Positions 10,786 to 20,184 of a stretch of DNA of 64,000 nucleotides are shown here, one piece after another. A program made the position numbers and the translations under genes. Every line of letters starts with the position of its first letter. Position 1 is the stretch's first letter. Below the pieces are notes generated by a model. The model saw only the letters and a list, made by a program, of their open reading frames with translations, was not told the origin of the DNA and made no database searches. The stretch covers positions 2,976,001-3,040,000 of the forward strand of contig CAWJET010000001.1 in the NCBI GenBank assembly GCA_963842085.1, in the 5' to 3' direction. The DNA comes from an uncultured delta proteobacterium. GTDB lineage: Bacteria; Desulfobacterota; Binatia; Binatales; Binataceae.

Positions 10786-11517
10786 GTGTCGCTTTCCTTG
10801 ATTCGCGTCGCCTTTTTCGACGCCGCCGGCACGCTGTTCGAGGCGCGCGAGCCCATCGGACGCACCTACGCCCGCCTCGCGCGGCAATTCGGCCTCGACG
10901 CCCCCGAAGATGCTGTCGCTGCCAGTTTTCGCCGTGCTTTCGGTGCGGCGCCCGGCCTGGCCTTCGGACTGGGGCTTCGGCACGACGAGCTGCGCCGCCT
11001 CGAGCGCGAATGGTGGCGGCGCCGCGTCGGCGAGACGTTTGCCCCTTTGGGCAAATTTTCCGACTTCGACGCCAACTTCGACGCCCTGTTTGCCTACTTC
11101 GCCAACCCCGCTCATTGGATCGTCGATCTTGAAGCGGCGCCGACGCTGCAACGTCTAAAAGCTGATGGACTCAAACTGGGCGTGATCTCCAACTTCGACT
11201 ATCGCCTCTATCGAATTCTCGACGGTCTCGACCTGAGCCGTTACTTCGATTCGATTACCATTTCCTCCGAAGCCGGCTATGCCAAGCCGCGGCGCGAGGT
11301 TTACCAGGCCGCTCTCTCAGACACTGGCGCGTCCGCGCACGACGCGATGCATATCGGCGACTCGGAGGATCTCGATTTCGCGCCGGCGGCGGCGCTCGGG
11401 ATGGCCGCCGTGCTCATCGAACGCGGCGGGGATAAGCAGGCCGCGCCGTCAATTGCGGGCCGCAGGGCTAGAATACGCTCGCTCGCCAGCGTACCCGAGG
11501 TTGCACAGGTGTTTTGA
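10786..11517 (+). CDS. HAD-IA family hydrolase
   Basis: FDAAGTL, ISNFD, KP, HIGDS..D motifs. Confidence 0.92.
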   Translation: MSLSLIRVAFFDAAGTLFEAREPIGRTYARLARQFGLDAPEDAVAASFRRAFGAAPGLAFGLGLRHDELRRLEREWWRRRVGETFAPLGKFSDFDANFDALFAYFANPAHWIVDLEAAPTLQRLKADGLKLGVISNFDYRLYRILDGLDLSRYFDSITISSEAGYAKPRREVYQAALSDTGASAHDAMHIGDSEDLDFAPAAALGMAAVLIERGGDKQAAPSIAGRRARIRSLASVPEVAQVF

Positions 11518-11593
11518 CCAGCTTGACGTTATCGGTGCGTTATCCTTATCTAAAGCAGATTTTCCGGGGAACAGTAATTTGGGGATTAGACAA

Positions 11594-13984
11594 ATGAACC
11601 GTCCGTATTTTTCGCATCGCCTGATCGCGATGCTAACCGCGTTTTTCACGCTGGCTCTTACCGCCGGTATCGCCGCCGCGCAGGGTGCTGGACAGCTCGA
11701 GAGCGAGTTGTCGAGCGTCTCCGGCCAAATGTCGTCGGCCGAGAACAACGAAGCGACCGCCGACCAGGTGATCAACCACCTTGACGCCGCCGAGTCGACC
11801 TTCGCCAAGCTCACGTCGAGCGGCAAGGTGGACAAGGGCGCGCTGATTCCGCTCTACCGTCAGCTCGAGGGGATGCTCGATCGGATGCAGACGGTCTATT
11901 CGAAGAAGAAGGACGATTGCATCGCGCAGATCGACAACGGCGGGCAATGCGACTACGACAAGCCCGAGCAGTTCGCGTTGCGCGCCGCCTATCCGCTGGC
12001 CTGGCTGCGTTTCACAGCCGCGACCACGCTGTTCGACGATAACGCCGACCAATCCAAGAAACTGCTCAACGAGGCGATCGACGGCTTCACTGCCAGCATG
12101 CTGGCGATGCCCGATCCCAACCTGGTGCGCGAAAATACGCTGGGCCGCGCCTACTGCGAACGCGAGTTGGGCAAGTTCGATCACTCCCAATACGCACTCG
12201 CCGTCACCGACTTCAAGAAAATAATGGACGACGGCACCGGCACCCAGCAATACGCCGCCGCGCGCGAGGGACTCTCAACCACCTACGCCAAGATGGGTGA
12301 GGCCGATAAGGCCGCGGCTCTCCTCGGCGGGGCCAGCGCGAAAGTCGGCTCCGGCCAGTACATGCTTCAGTTGCAGACCCTGTTCAGCGCCGAACGTGCC
12401 ACCAGCGACCCCGTCAAGAAGGCCGCGTACCACAAGCAAATCATCGATCTGATGAAGTCCAAGGAGAACGACAAGGAAGGATGGGCGATCGACGTCGCCG
12501 CGGCGTCCAAGTTCCCGAGTAACGTCGTCGAGGAATTCGGCAACTCGAGCGATCCGTTCGAGAAATGGCTGCTCGCCAACGTTCTGCTGTCGCGCAAGGA
12601 CGAGGCCGGCGCCGCCAAGTACTATGCCGAGGCCGGCGCCAGCGGCAAGTACCCCAAGGCCTACAAGTTCGCCGCCGATATCTATCTGCGCGAGAAGCGC
12701 TACGACCTGGTCGAGGCGATGCTCAACAAGATTGCATCCAGCGGCGGCGGCGACGCCCAATGGGCCGAGTACGTGAGCTTCAGCCTGGCGCACAGCCGAT
12801 GGGAGCAGGGCGGTTCGAAGGATACCGCGCTGGAAGACCAGTGGGTTAAGAGCGCGCAGAACTATCTGCAGAAATATCCCAGTGGCGAGCACTCCGCCGA
12901 GATGCGCGTGCGGCTGGGCGACCGCCTCGAGCGGCAGAATAAATTCGCCGAAGCCGCCCAGATGTTTTCCGAGGCCAAGGGCGACCCCGAATTCGCCTTT
13001 ACCGCCAGGTTCAGAGCCGCGGAGTGCTACTACAAGGAACTCCAGAACGCCACCGCCAAGGACAACAAGGGCCCCAAGGTTGATACCGAGCAGCTGACAA
13101 AATTGGCGGTTGAAAATCTGAACGAGGCGATCAAGATGGCTCCGGAGGCGGAGCGGACCGCCCCCGGACCCGCCAAGAAGGCGGTTCGCGAGATTCACGG
13201 CGAAGCGGTCTATATGCTCGCCTCGATCATGGAAGAAGACCCGGAAAAAGTCGATTACGCGCAGGTCGCGCCGCTCCTTGCCGGCTACGAATCGCAATAT
13301 CCGACCATGAGCGGAAAGTTCCAGGACGTCGCCGAATGGCGCATCACGGCGCTCGATCATCTCGGCAAGTACGACGAGGTTAACAGCGATGTCGCCGCAC
13401 TGGTCGAACGCAGCAAGGGCAACGTCGCCAAGGGCGATTTCATCAAGGGACTCGGCATCGACTTCTGGAATGCCGCCAAAGAAGCCAAAGCCGGCGGCGA
13501 TCAGAAGGCATACCTCGCCAACGCGAAGCTGACCGAGACCGCCTACAGCTTTTTCGACGAGATGGTGGCGTCCGGTAAAATCCCGGTCAAGAATCTGACC
13601 GGCACCCTGTCAATCCTGGCGCAGGCTCAGCAGGCTTTGGGCCAGGAAGCCAAAGCTGAAACCATCTACAAGGAGGTCGTGAAGGCCGACCCGGCATCGC
13701 CGGATGCGAATGCAGGATTGGCCCGTATCGCGCAGTCCAAGAAGGACTGGAAGGATGCGGTGACGCTGTGGACCACCGTCGAGAGCACGGCAGCCGAGTC
13801 CGACCCGCTGTGGTACGAGGCCAAGTACAACATCGCGGTGGTTTACAACGAGCAGGGCAATACCCAGGGCGCGTGCAGCAAGCTGGCGCAGACGCGCGCC
13901 GAGCATCCTACCCTCGGTTCGCCCGTGATGAAGACGCAGTGGGACGCGCTGCAGCGCAGGATCTGCCTCGATCACCAGCGCTAG
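11594..13984 (+). CDS. Large secreted tetratricopeptide-repeat protein
   Basis: Signal peptide (AAAQ); long helical-repeat ORF with TPR-like units. Confidence 0.8.
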   Translation: MNRPYFSHRLIAMLTAFFTLALTAGIAAAQGAGQLESELSSVSGQMSSAENNEATADQVINHLDAAESTFAKLTSSGKVDKGALIPLYRQLEGMLDRMQTVYSKKKDDCIAQIDNGGQCDYDKPEQFALRAAYPLAWLRFTAATTLFDDNADQSKKLLNEAIDGFTASMLAMPDPNLVRENTLGRAYCERELGKFDHSQYALAVTDFKKIMDDGTGTQQYAAAREGLSTTYAKMGEADKAAALLGGASAKVGSGQYMLQLQTLFSAERATSDPVKKAAYHKQIIDLMKSKENDKEGWAIDVAAASKFPSNVVEEFGNSSDPFEKWLLANVLLSRKDEAGAAKYYAEAGASGKYPKAYKFAADIYLREKRYDLVEAMLNKIASSGGGDAQWAEYVSFSLAHSRWEQGGSKDTALEDQWVKSAQNYLQKYPSGEHSAEMRVRLGDRLERQNKFAEAAQMFSEAKGDPEFAFTARFRAAECYYKELQNATAKDNKGPKVDTEQLTKLAVENLNEAIKMAPEAERTAPGPAKKAVREIHGEAVYMLASIMEEDPEKVDYAQVAPLLAGYESQYPTMSGKFQDVAEWRITALDHLGKYDEVNSDVAALVERSKGNVAKGDFIKGLGIDFWNAAKEAKAGGDQKAYLANAKLTETAYSFFDEMVASGKIPVKNLTGTLSILAQAQQALGQEAKAETIYKEVVKADPASPDANAGLARIAQSKKDWKDAVTLWTTVESTAAESDPLWYEAKYNIAVVYNEQGNTQGACSKLAQTRAEHPTLGSPVMKTQWDALQRRICLDHQR

Positions 13985-13991
13985 CGCCGCG

Positions 13992-14396
13992 ATGCTCAAG
14001 AAGATTCATCACGTCGGCGTGGTCGTGCCGAGTCTCGACGCGGGCTTGAGATTCTGGCGCGACACGCTCGGACTGCATTTCACCAGGAGCGCCACGATTG
14101 AAGAGCAGGGCGTCCGCGCGGCTTTGCTCAAGGCCGGCGACAGCGAGATCGAACTGCTCGAGCCACTCGACGCCGGCAACGCGGTCGGCAAGTTTCTGGC
14201 GCGGCGCGGCGGCGGCCTGCATCACGTATGCTTCCAGACCGACGACGTCGCACGCGAGCTAGAGGCGGCGCGCGGCAAGGGAATCCAGCTGATCGATCAG
14301 AAGCCGCGCCACGGCCTGGCGGGCATGATCTGCTTTCTGCATCCCAAGGCCACGCGCGGCGTGCTGGTCGAGTACGCTCAGCCGCCCGCCGAGTAA
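13992..14396 (+). CDS. mce: Methylmalonyl-CoA epimerase
   Basis: IHHVGVVV, EQGV, IELLEP, GGGLHHVCF, FLHPK...GVLVE. Confidence 0.88.
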   Translation: MLKKIHHVGVVVPSLDAGLRFWRDTLGLHFTRSATIEEQGVRAALLKAGDSEIELLEPLDAGNAVGKFLARRGGGLHHVCFQTDDVARELEAARGKGIQLIDQKPRHGLAGMICFLHPKATRGVLVEYAQPPAE

Positions 14397-14404
14397 AGGA
14401 ACGC

Positions 14405-14659
14405 ATGCCGATCTACGAATACCGATGTGCCCACTGCGACCGCTCGTTCGAGGCGTTCGTGCGCCCCGGCGACGGCGGCGCGCAATGCCCGGATTGTCAT
14501 GGGTCCAGGCTGACGCGCGAGATGTCGACGTTTGCGGCGCGCGCCGGCAACGGCGACACCGCCGCTGCGGTCGCGTCCGCGATGGCCCATTCGGGCGCAT
14601 CGACCGGCGGCAGATTCTCAGGCGGCGGATGCTGCGGCGGCGCCTGCGGCTGCCACTAG
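14405..14659 (+). CDS. FmdB-family zinc-ribbon protein
   Basis: MPIYEYRCxxC...CPxC; Cys-rich tail CCGGACGCH. Confidence 0.9.
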   Translation: MPIYEYRCAHCDRSFEAFVRPGDGGAQCPDCHGSRLTREMSTFAARAGNGDTAAAVASAMAHSGASTGGRFSGGGCCGGACGCH

Positions 14660-14999
14660 CATCTCCCCTGTCATTCAGACCGCTGCAGGTGCCTGTCCGG
14701 CTATCTTAGTTCAGGGATGAACTGTTCAGCCTGCCCGCGCCGCTTACTTGCGTGCTATTCGATCAACCATGGCCAGCAGTCATGGATGTTCGAAGTCACC
14801 GAGCGCGCCTAATCTCAGCAGAGACGACTCGACGTCGTTCGTCCGCCCTCCGAAAATTAAATTTGACGGAACGAACCCACCGATGGTGGTCGTTCGTCGC
14901 CAAACCACGACTAATGGTATAAATTGCCTGTTTGCGGCCGATCGAACATTCCGAATTTGGCCCAAATGCCTACAGATTCGACCACAAAACCCGCCCGAC

Positions 15000-16166
15000 T
15001 CAGCTCTCCCTGCGCGCTTCGAACTCCTTCTTCGCCGACGCGAGCAGCTCAGGCTCCGCCAGCAGGTCGTACCCCGTCATCGCCATCGCCTTCGCCACCC
15101 GGATCATCGCGTCGTAGCCGCGCTGCGAGTCGGCGTGCGCGACGAACGCGTCTTCGTGGCAGTTGCCTTCGCCGTGGCGCGCAATCGCAAACGACGGATG
15201 TATCGCCGGCATCACGTGACTGACGTCGCCCATGTCGGTGCTGCCGGTGGGCGTGTTCTCAGGCGCCTCGACGGACTTTGCGCCGAGCGCTTCGCTGTGC
15301 GCGGCGTATCGATGCGCCATGCTCAGATTGTTGATCAGATTTTTGTAGCCGCCTTCGACCACGTGCTCGACGCGCGTCCCGGTCGCCATCGCGGCGCCCT
15401 CGGCGCATCGGACCACCCGCTCGCCGATTTCTTTCGCGTAGCGGCTGGTCTTGGCGCGGGCCAGGAACAGGCACTCGGTCCGCTCCGGGATGATATTAAC
15501 CGCCTGGCCGCCGTTGGTGATGATGCCGTGGATGCGCGAGCCGTCGCGCAGGTGCAGTCGCATCGCATCGACGCTCTGGAAAGTCTGGATCACCGCGGCC
15601 AGCGCGCTCGATCCGTCCCATGGCGCCAGCGCCGCATGTGCGCCGTGCCCATGAAACGTCAGCTTGAGATGCTGCGTGGCGAGCGCGGGCATCGTGCAGA
15701 ATTCCGCGTCGGTCGGATGCGCCATCATGGCCGCATCGACGCCGCGCAGCGCGCCCTTGTCGAGCAGGATTATTTTTCCGCCGCCGCCTTCCTCGGCCGG
15801 AGTGCCGAGAAAAACAACTCGTCCCGGAAGTTGGCTCGCGATGCTCTTCAAGCCCGCCACAGCGCTGAGCGCCGCACCGGCGATCAGGTTGTGCCCGCAC
15901 GAATGTCCGTTAGGCAGCGCGTCGTACTCGGCGAGAATCGCGACCGCCGGACCCTTGGTGCCGAACTCCGCGCGAAACGCGGTCTTGAGTCCGCCGACTT
16001 CGCGCTCGACCGCGAGCCCCAGTTCAGTCGCGGCCCTGGTCAGGATGCCGGCGGCGAAGTGCTCCTGAAACCTGAGCTCGGGATGCTCGTGGATTTCGTG
16101 GCTGAGCGCGACCACCTTCTCGCGGTAATTGTCGATCGCGCGTGCTATTTCGGCATGAGCGTCCAT
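15000..16166 (-). CDS. M20 family amidohydrolase
   Basis: HEHPEL, EYDALP, HSCGHN, GTPAEEGGGGK, GSTDMGDVS. Confidence 0.93.
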   Translation of the reverse strand: MDAHAEIARAIDNYREKVVALSHEIHEHPELRFQEHFAAGILTRAATELGLAVEREVGGLKTAFRAEFGTKGPAVAILAEYDALPNGHSCGHNLIAGAALSAVAGLKSIASQLPGRVVFLGTPAEEGGGGKIILLDKGALRGVDAAMMAHPTDAEFCTMPALATQHLKLTFHGHGAHAALAPWDGSSALAAVIQTFQSVDAMRLHLRDGSRIHGIITNGGQAVNIIPERTECLFLARAKTSRYAKEIGERVVRCAEGAAMATGTRVEHVVEGGYKNLINNLSMAHRYAAHSEALGAKSVEAPENTPTGSTDMGDVSHVMPAIHPSFAIARHGEGNCHEDAFVAHADSQRGYDAMIRVAKAMAMTGYDLLAEPELLASAKKEFEARRES

Positions 16167-16304
16167 CGCAGTGCTCCTCTCGATGCGGTCAGCATTGTGA
16201 GTAGCACCGACGACTCGGACTATCCAACGCTGCTCTCCGACGCATCCCGCAGCGCGAAGCCCGTGCGCATCACCTGTGCCGCGCGCCAGGCATCGTCGCT
16301 CATG

Positions 16305-17525
16305 CTAGGGGCGGACGCGCGTCAGCGGCTGCAGCGTCATTTCCGGCACCGGCTCGCCTTTCTCGACCTTATGCTGCGCGTAGTCCTGCATCGCGGTTAT
16401 GATTCCCGCCACCGCTTTGCCGAACATCAGGTCGCGATTCTCGCGCGCCCAGTCATTCGAGTACTTCACCCCCGCGGCGACCTGGCCCTGAAACTGCGGT
16501 GCGACGTAGCGTGCGAACAGCTCGTACGAGTGCAGCGTCTTTTCGCGCGTGGTCCATTCGTGCGCGAGCCCGAGGATGCCGCCGAAGCCGCCGGTCGCCT
16601 GCTGCAGTTCCTTGATCCTCGCGATCGCGTCGTCGGGCGTGCCGACGATAATTCCGCCGCGCCCGTTCATCCGATCGATGTTCATCTCCTCGAGCGGCTG
16701 ATTCGGATATTCCTCGAACTGCACGCGCGTGCCGAGGGTGTCGATGAAGTACTCGCGAATCCAGCGGTTGGCGCCGTCGCGAATATCGTTCATCGCATCC
16801 TCGCGCGTCTCGGCGAGATGAATCGGGAAAACCATCCGCCAGTTCTTGCGGTCAACGGTCTTGCCGTTTTCGGCCGCCGACTCTTCCGCCATCGCCCAGC
16901 GCTTCGTCAGATCGTCCAGGCCGCCCGGCGCGTACGAGGCGACCGACAGCACGCCGCATCCGAGCTGTCCCGCCGCCACCATCCCCGACGGCGACACTGT
17001 GCTCGCGACGAAGATCGGCATGTGCGGCTGCTGGAACGGTTTCACCTGCAGGTGCGCATCGACCAGCTTGAAGTACGAGCCGTCGATCGAAATTTTGCCC
17101 TGCTCGGTGAACAGGCGAAGGATCGCCTGGACGCCCTCGACCATCCGCTTGCGCTGCGTGGTCGTTTCGATGCCGAGCATGTGCGCGTCGGCGGCCAGCG
17201 CGCCGGGACCGCATCCGAGCATCACGCGGCCATGAGTCAGTTGGTCCAGCAGGGCGAAGCGGTTGGCGACGTTGAACGGGTGATGGTACGGGATGCTGAC
17301 GACGCCGGAGCCCAGCATGATGCGCCGGGTGCGCGTCGCGGCTACCGCCATGAAAATTTCAGGCGACGAGATTATTTCCCATCCCGACGAATGATGCTCG
17401 CCGATAAACGCCTCGTCGAAGCCGAGCTGGTCGAGCCATTCGATCAACTGCATGTCGCGCTCAAAGCAGAGTGTTGGGTTTTCACCGACGCGGTGGAACG
17501 GGGCCATGAAAATTCCGAACTTCAT
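16305..17525 (-). CDS. LLM-class flavin-dependent monooxygenase (limonene monooxygenase-like)
   Basis: MKFGIFMAPFH, GEHHS, GPGAL, HEW, SYELFARYVAP. Confidence 0.9.
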   Translation of the reverse strand: MKFGIFMAPFHRVGENPTLCFERDMQLIEWLDQLGFDEAFIGEHHSSGWEIISSPEIFMAVAATRTRRIMLGSGVVSIPYHHPFNVANRFALLDQLTHGRVMLGCGPGALAADAHMLGIETTTQRKRMVEGVQAILRLFTEQGKISIDGSYFKLVDAHLQVKPFQQPHMPIFVASTVSPSGMVAAGQLGCGVLSVASYAPGGLDDLTKRWAMAEESAAENGKTVDRKNWRMVFPIHLAETREDAMNDIRDGANRWIREYFIDTLGTRVQFEEYPNQPLEEMNIDRMNGRGGIIVGTPDDAIARIKELQQATGGFGGILGLAHEWTTREKTLHSYELFARYVAPQFQGQVAAGVKYSNDWARENRDLMFGKAVAGIITAMQDYAQHKVEKGEPVPEMTLQPLTRVRP

Positions 17526-17841
17526 CGCTTCTCCTTGGATGAGCGGGGTCTGAAAGCGGCGCCTTGAGCTACGGCAGACTTATCACGTTACGACGAAATC
17601 GGAACGTGAAACAAGAAACCCGCGACCGTGAATTAAACGATCGTTCAGCAAAAATGTTGATGCAAATTGGCATGAAATTCGGCAAGCGCTTCGTCTCTGA
17701 AACGTTGATTGCGCGAATTCGTCAAGAGTAACAGAGGATCGGAGATCAACATCCCGGAAAAACTGAGCGGCTTGCCCAACGAAGGAGCAAATAGGATCAT
17801 AATATAAGAACGCCGCTGCTGCGGCGGAGTGTTGGATCGCG

Positions 17842-19029
17842 ATGACTAAGATTCCTGGAATAGCGCGCAACTCGATTTCCGTGCTCACGGCCGCGGCGGT
17901 TGCGCTGGCGATAATAGTCGGCGGAGTTATACCAGCCGCGGCGCAGCAGGGTTCGTCGGCTCCTCAGTCGCTCCTCATACCCCAGAGTCAGCGCAAGGAA
18001 ACCTCGACACTCGAGCTGCCGTCGATGCCTGCGAAGCAGGGCGCCGACTCGCTCAACATCCCGCCACAGGCTCCACAGACCGGCCAGGAGCTGGTGCTGC
18101 CCACCCGCGAGTTGCGCCAGCAGCCGGGCTACGAACAAGTCACGGTGACGGTGACCGAGCCGAGCGGCACCTACGTCACCGGGTTGCAAAAAAGCGATTT
18201 CAAACTCTACATGGACGGGCAGCAGCGTCCGATAGAATTCTTTCGCCAGGACCTGAACACTCCCGTCTCGGTCGGCATCCTGGTGGACACCTCGGGCAGC
18301 ATGACGCCCAAGATTCCGCAGGCGCGCGCCGCGATCGCGGAGTTCCTGCGCGATCTGAATGACAAGGACGACGTGTTCCTGTTCGCGTTCTCCAGCCATC
18401 CGTTCCTGCTCCAGCCGTTCACGACCAATCACGATCTCGTGATGCGCCGGCTCGCATTGCTGCACGCCTACGGGCAGACGGCCTTGTTCGACGTGATCAT
18501 GCAGGGGCTGCAGATGGTGCAGCGCGGGCGCTACGACAAAAAAGCGCTGCTGGTCGTCACCGACGGCATGGACAACACCAGCGCGGCGACAGTGAATGAC
18601 GTGGTCGCCCAGGCGCGGCGCATGGGCGTGCTGGTGTACTCGATTGGCATCGGCGATCCCAACGGCGGCAGCGGTGGAGTTTCCGTCTCGATCGGTCCGT
18701 TCGTGCTGGGCGGCGACGACAGCGAGCACGTTGACGCCGAGACCCTGCACACGCTGTCGACCGAAACCGGCGCCAAGACCTACATCATCCGCGAAGCCGG
18801 GGACGGAGAGGCGCTGCGTCGCGCGTGCGAGAACATCAGTCTCGAACTGCGCGAGCAATACACAATTGGATTTCTGGCGCCTGATCCCACCGCCGGCGGA
18901 TACCGCAGCCTGAGAGTGGACGTTCCCGGCAAAGAGGGAGCGGACGTTCGCGTCCGCAAGGGAATCGAAGTCGGCGCGGCCGGCTCGACCGCGCCCGCGC
19001 TCGATCCGTCGGTCGCCGGCGGGCCCTGA
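17842..19029 (+). CDS. Secreted VWA-domain protein (Acidobacteria-type)
   Basis: Signal peptide; MIDAS DTSGSM, TALFD, TDGMDN. Confidence 0.9.
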   Translation: MTKIPGIARNSISVLTAAAVALAIIVGGVIPAAAQQGSSAPQSLLIPQSQRKETSTLELPSMPAKQGADSLNIPPQAPQTGQELVLPTRELRQQPGYEQVTVTVTEPSGTYVTGLQKSDFKLYMDGQQRPIEFFRQDLNTPVSVGILVDTSGSMTPKIPQARAAIAEFLRDLNDKDDVFLFAFSSHPFLLQPFTTNHDLVMRRLALLHAYGQTALFDVIMQGLQMVQRGRYDKKALLVVTDGMDNTSAATVNDVVAQARRMGVLVYSIGIGDPNGGSGGVSVSIGPFVLGGDDSEHVDAETLHTLSTETGAKTYIIREAGDGEALRRACENISLELREQYTIGFLAPDPTAGGYRSLRVDVPGKEGADVRVRKGIEVGAAGSTAPALDPSVAGGP

Positions 19030-19044
19030 TTCGACAGCGGCCCG

Positions 19045-20181
19045 CTATTGCCGCGGCGCCTGTACCGGGCGCACGATTTCGCCCTCGCGCGCGGTCTGCC
19101 CCAGGTTCAGCGCTACCATCTCATTGCCCGTCAGCCCCTCGACGATCTGGCACTTCATTCCATCGTCGAAGCCAAGCGTGACCGGCTCGAGATGAATGCG
19201 GTTGGCGTTCACGATCGGAACGAAGATCTTGTCGCCGTTGAAAATCAACGCTTCGTCCGGCACCAGCGGCGCCGACGAATTTCCCGTCAGCGAAATCTTC
19301 ACGTGCGCGTACATTCCCGGCAGCAACAGCAAGTCGTTGTTGGGTAGATCGACTTCGACCAGCATCGTGCGTGTCTGCGACGTGAGCGCGCTCGGATGGC
19401 GCGTGACAGTCCCGGTGAACTGCTTGCGGGGAAGCTGCGTGATCGTGACGACGGCCGGGTCGCCATCGTTGATGAACGCGGCGTCGTCCTGCGCCATCTG
19501 CAGATAGACGCGCACCGGCTTGAGCGTCGCCATCGAATAGATCGGCTGGGTCGAGGTCGCCGTGGCAGTCGCCGACCCGATCAGCGCTCCCGGATCGACA
19601 TTGCGCTCCGTGATCACGCCGTCGTACGGCGACACCACGCGCTCGTAGGCCTGCTGCGCCCGCAGCGACGCCCACGCCGCGCGCGCTTCGAGCATCGCCG
19701 CATGCGACTCGTCGGCGGTCTGCTGCGGAATTACCTGCTGACGAAGCAGAGCTTGATTGCGCCGATCGGTGATCGCGTTGATCTCGTAAGTCGCCTTGGC
19801 GTCGTTCACCTGATGGTCCAGTTCGGGCGATTCCAGCACCGCGAGCAACTGCCCCTTCTTCACCACCGCCCCCTTGTCCACCAGCATCGTCTTCACGTAG
19901 CCGGGAATCTTCGCGTAGATCGGGCTCTCGAAATAGCCGTGAACATCGCCGGGCAGCGACAGCATCCGCTTTTCCGCCGAATGCGACAGCGGCACCACGA
20001 TGACTGTCGGTCCCTCCTGCTCCTGCTCTTCGAGCACGCTGGTCTGGCGGCGAATCCATACGTCTCGCGCGAGCACCAGGCCGCCCAGTGCGATCAGCAC
20101 GACGACTACCGCGCCGATCCATCCGACAATGAACAGCGGTCCCGATTTGATTGCCGCCGATTTCGGATTCTCACCCGCCAT
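19045..20181 (-). CDS. RND efflux periplasmic adaptor subunit
   Basis: N-terminal TM, lipoyl-like SPYDGVIT, TRT motif, LLPGMY. Confidence 0.93.
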   Translation of the reverse strand: MAGENPKSAAIKSGPLFIVGWIGAVVVVLIALGGLVLARDVWIRRQTSVLEEQEQEGPTVIVVPLSHSAEKRMLSLPGDVHGYFESPIYAKIPGYVKTMLVDKGAVVKKGQLLAVLESPELDHQVNDAKATYEINAITDRRNQALLRQQVIPQQTADESHAAMLEARAAWASLRAQQAYERVVSPYDGVITERNVDPGALIGSATATATSTQPIYSMATLKPVRVYLQMAQDDAAFINDGDPAVVTITQLPRKQFTGTVTRHPSALTSQTRTMLVEVDLPNNDLLLLPGMYAHVKISLTGNSSAPLVPDEALIFNGDKIFVPIVNANRIHLEPVTLGFDDGMKCQIVEGLTGNEMVALNLGQTAREGEIVRPVQAPRQ

Positions 20182-20184
20182 GCT

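Noticed and set aside
14748-17567. 939-aa + strand ORF
   Set aside because: Antisense shadow of the M20 and LLM genes in high-GC DNA; no motifs
17666-17685. Sigma54 promoter (TTGGCATG...)
   Set aside because: No GC at the required GG-N10-GC spacing
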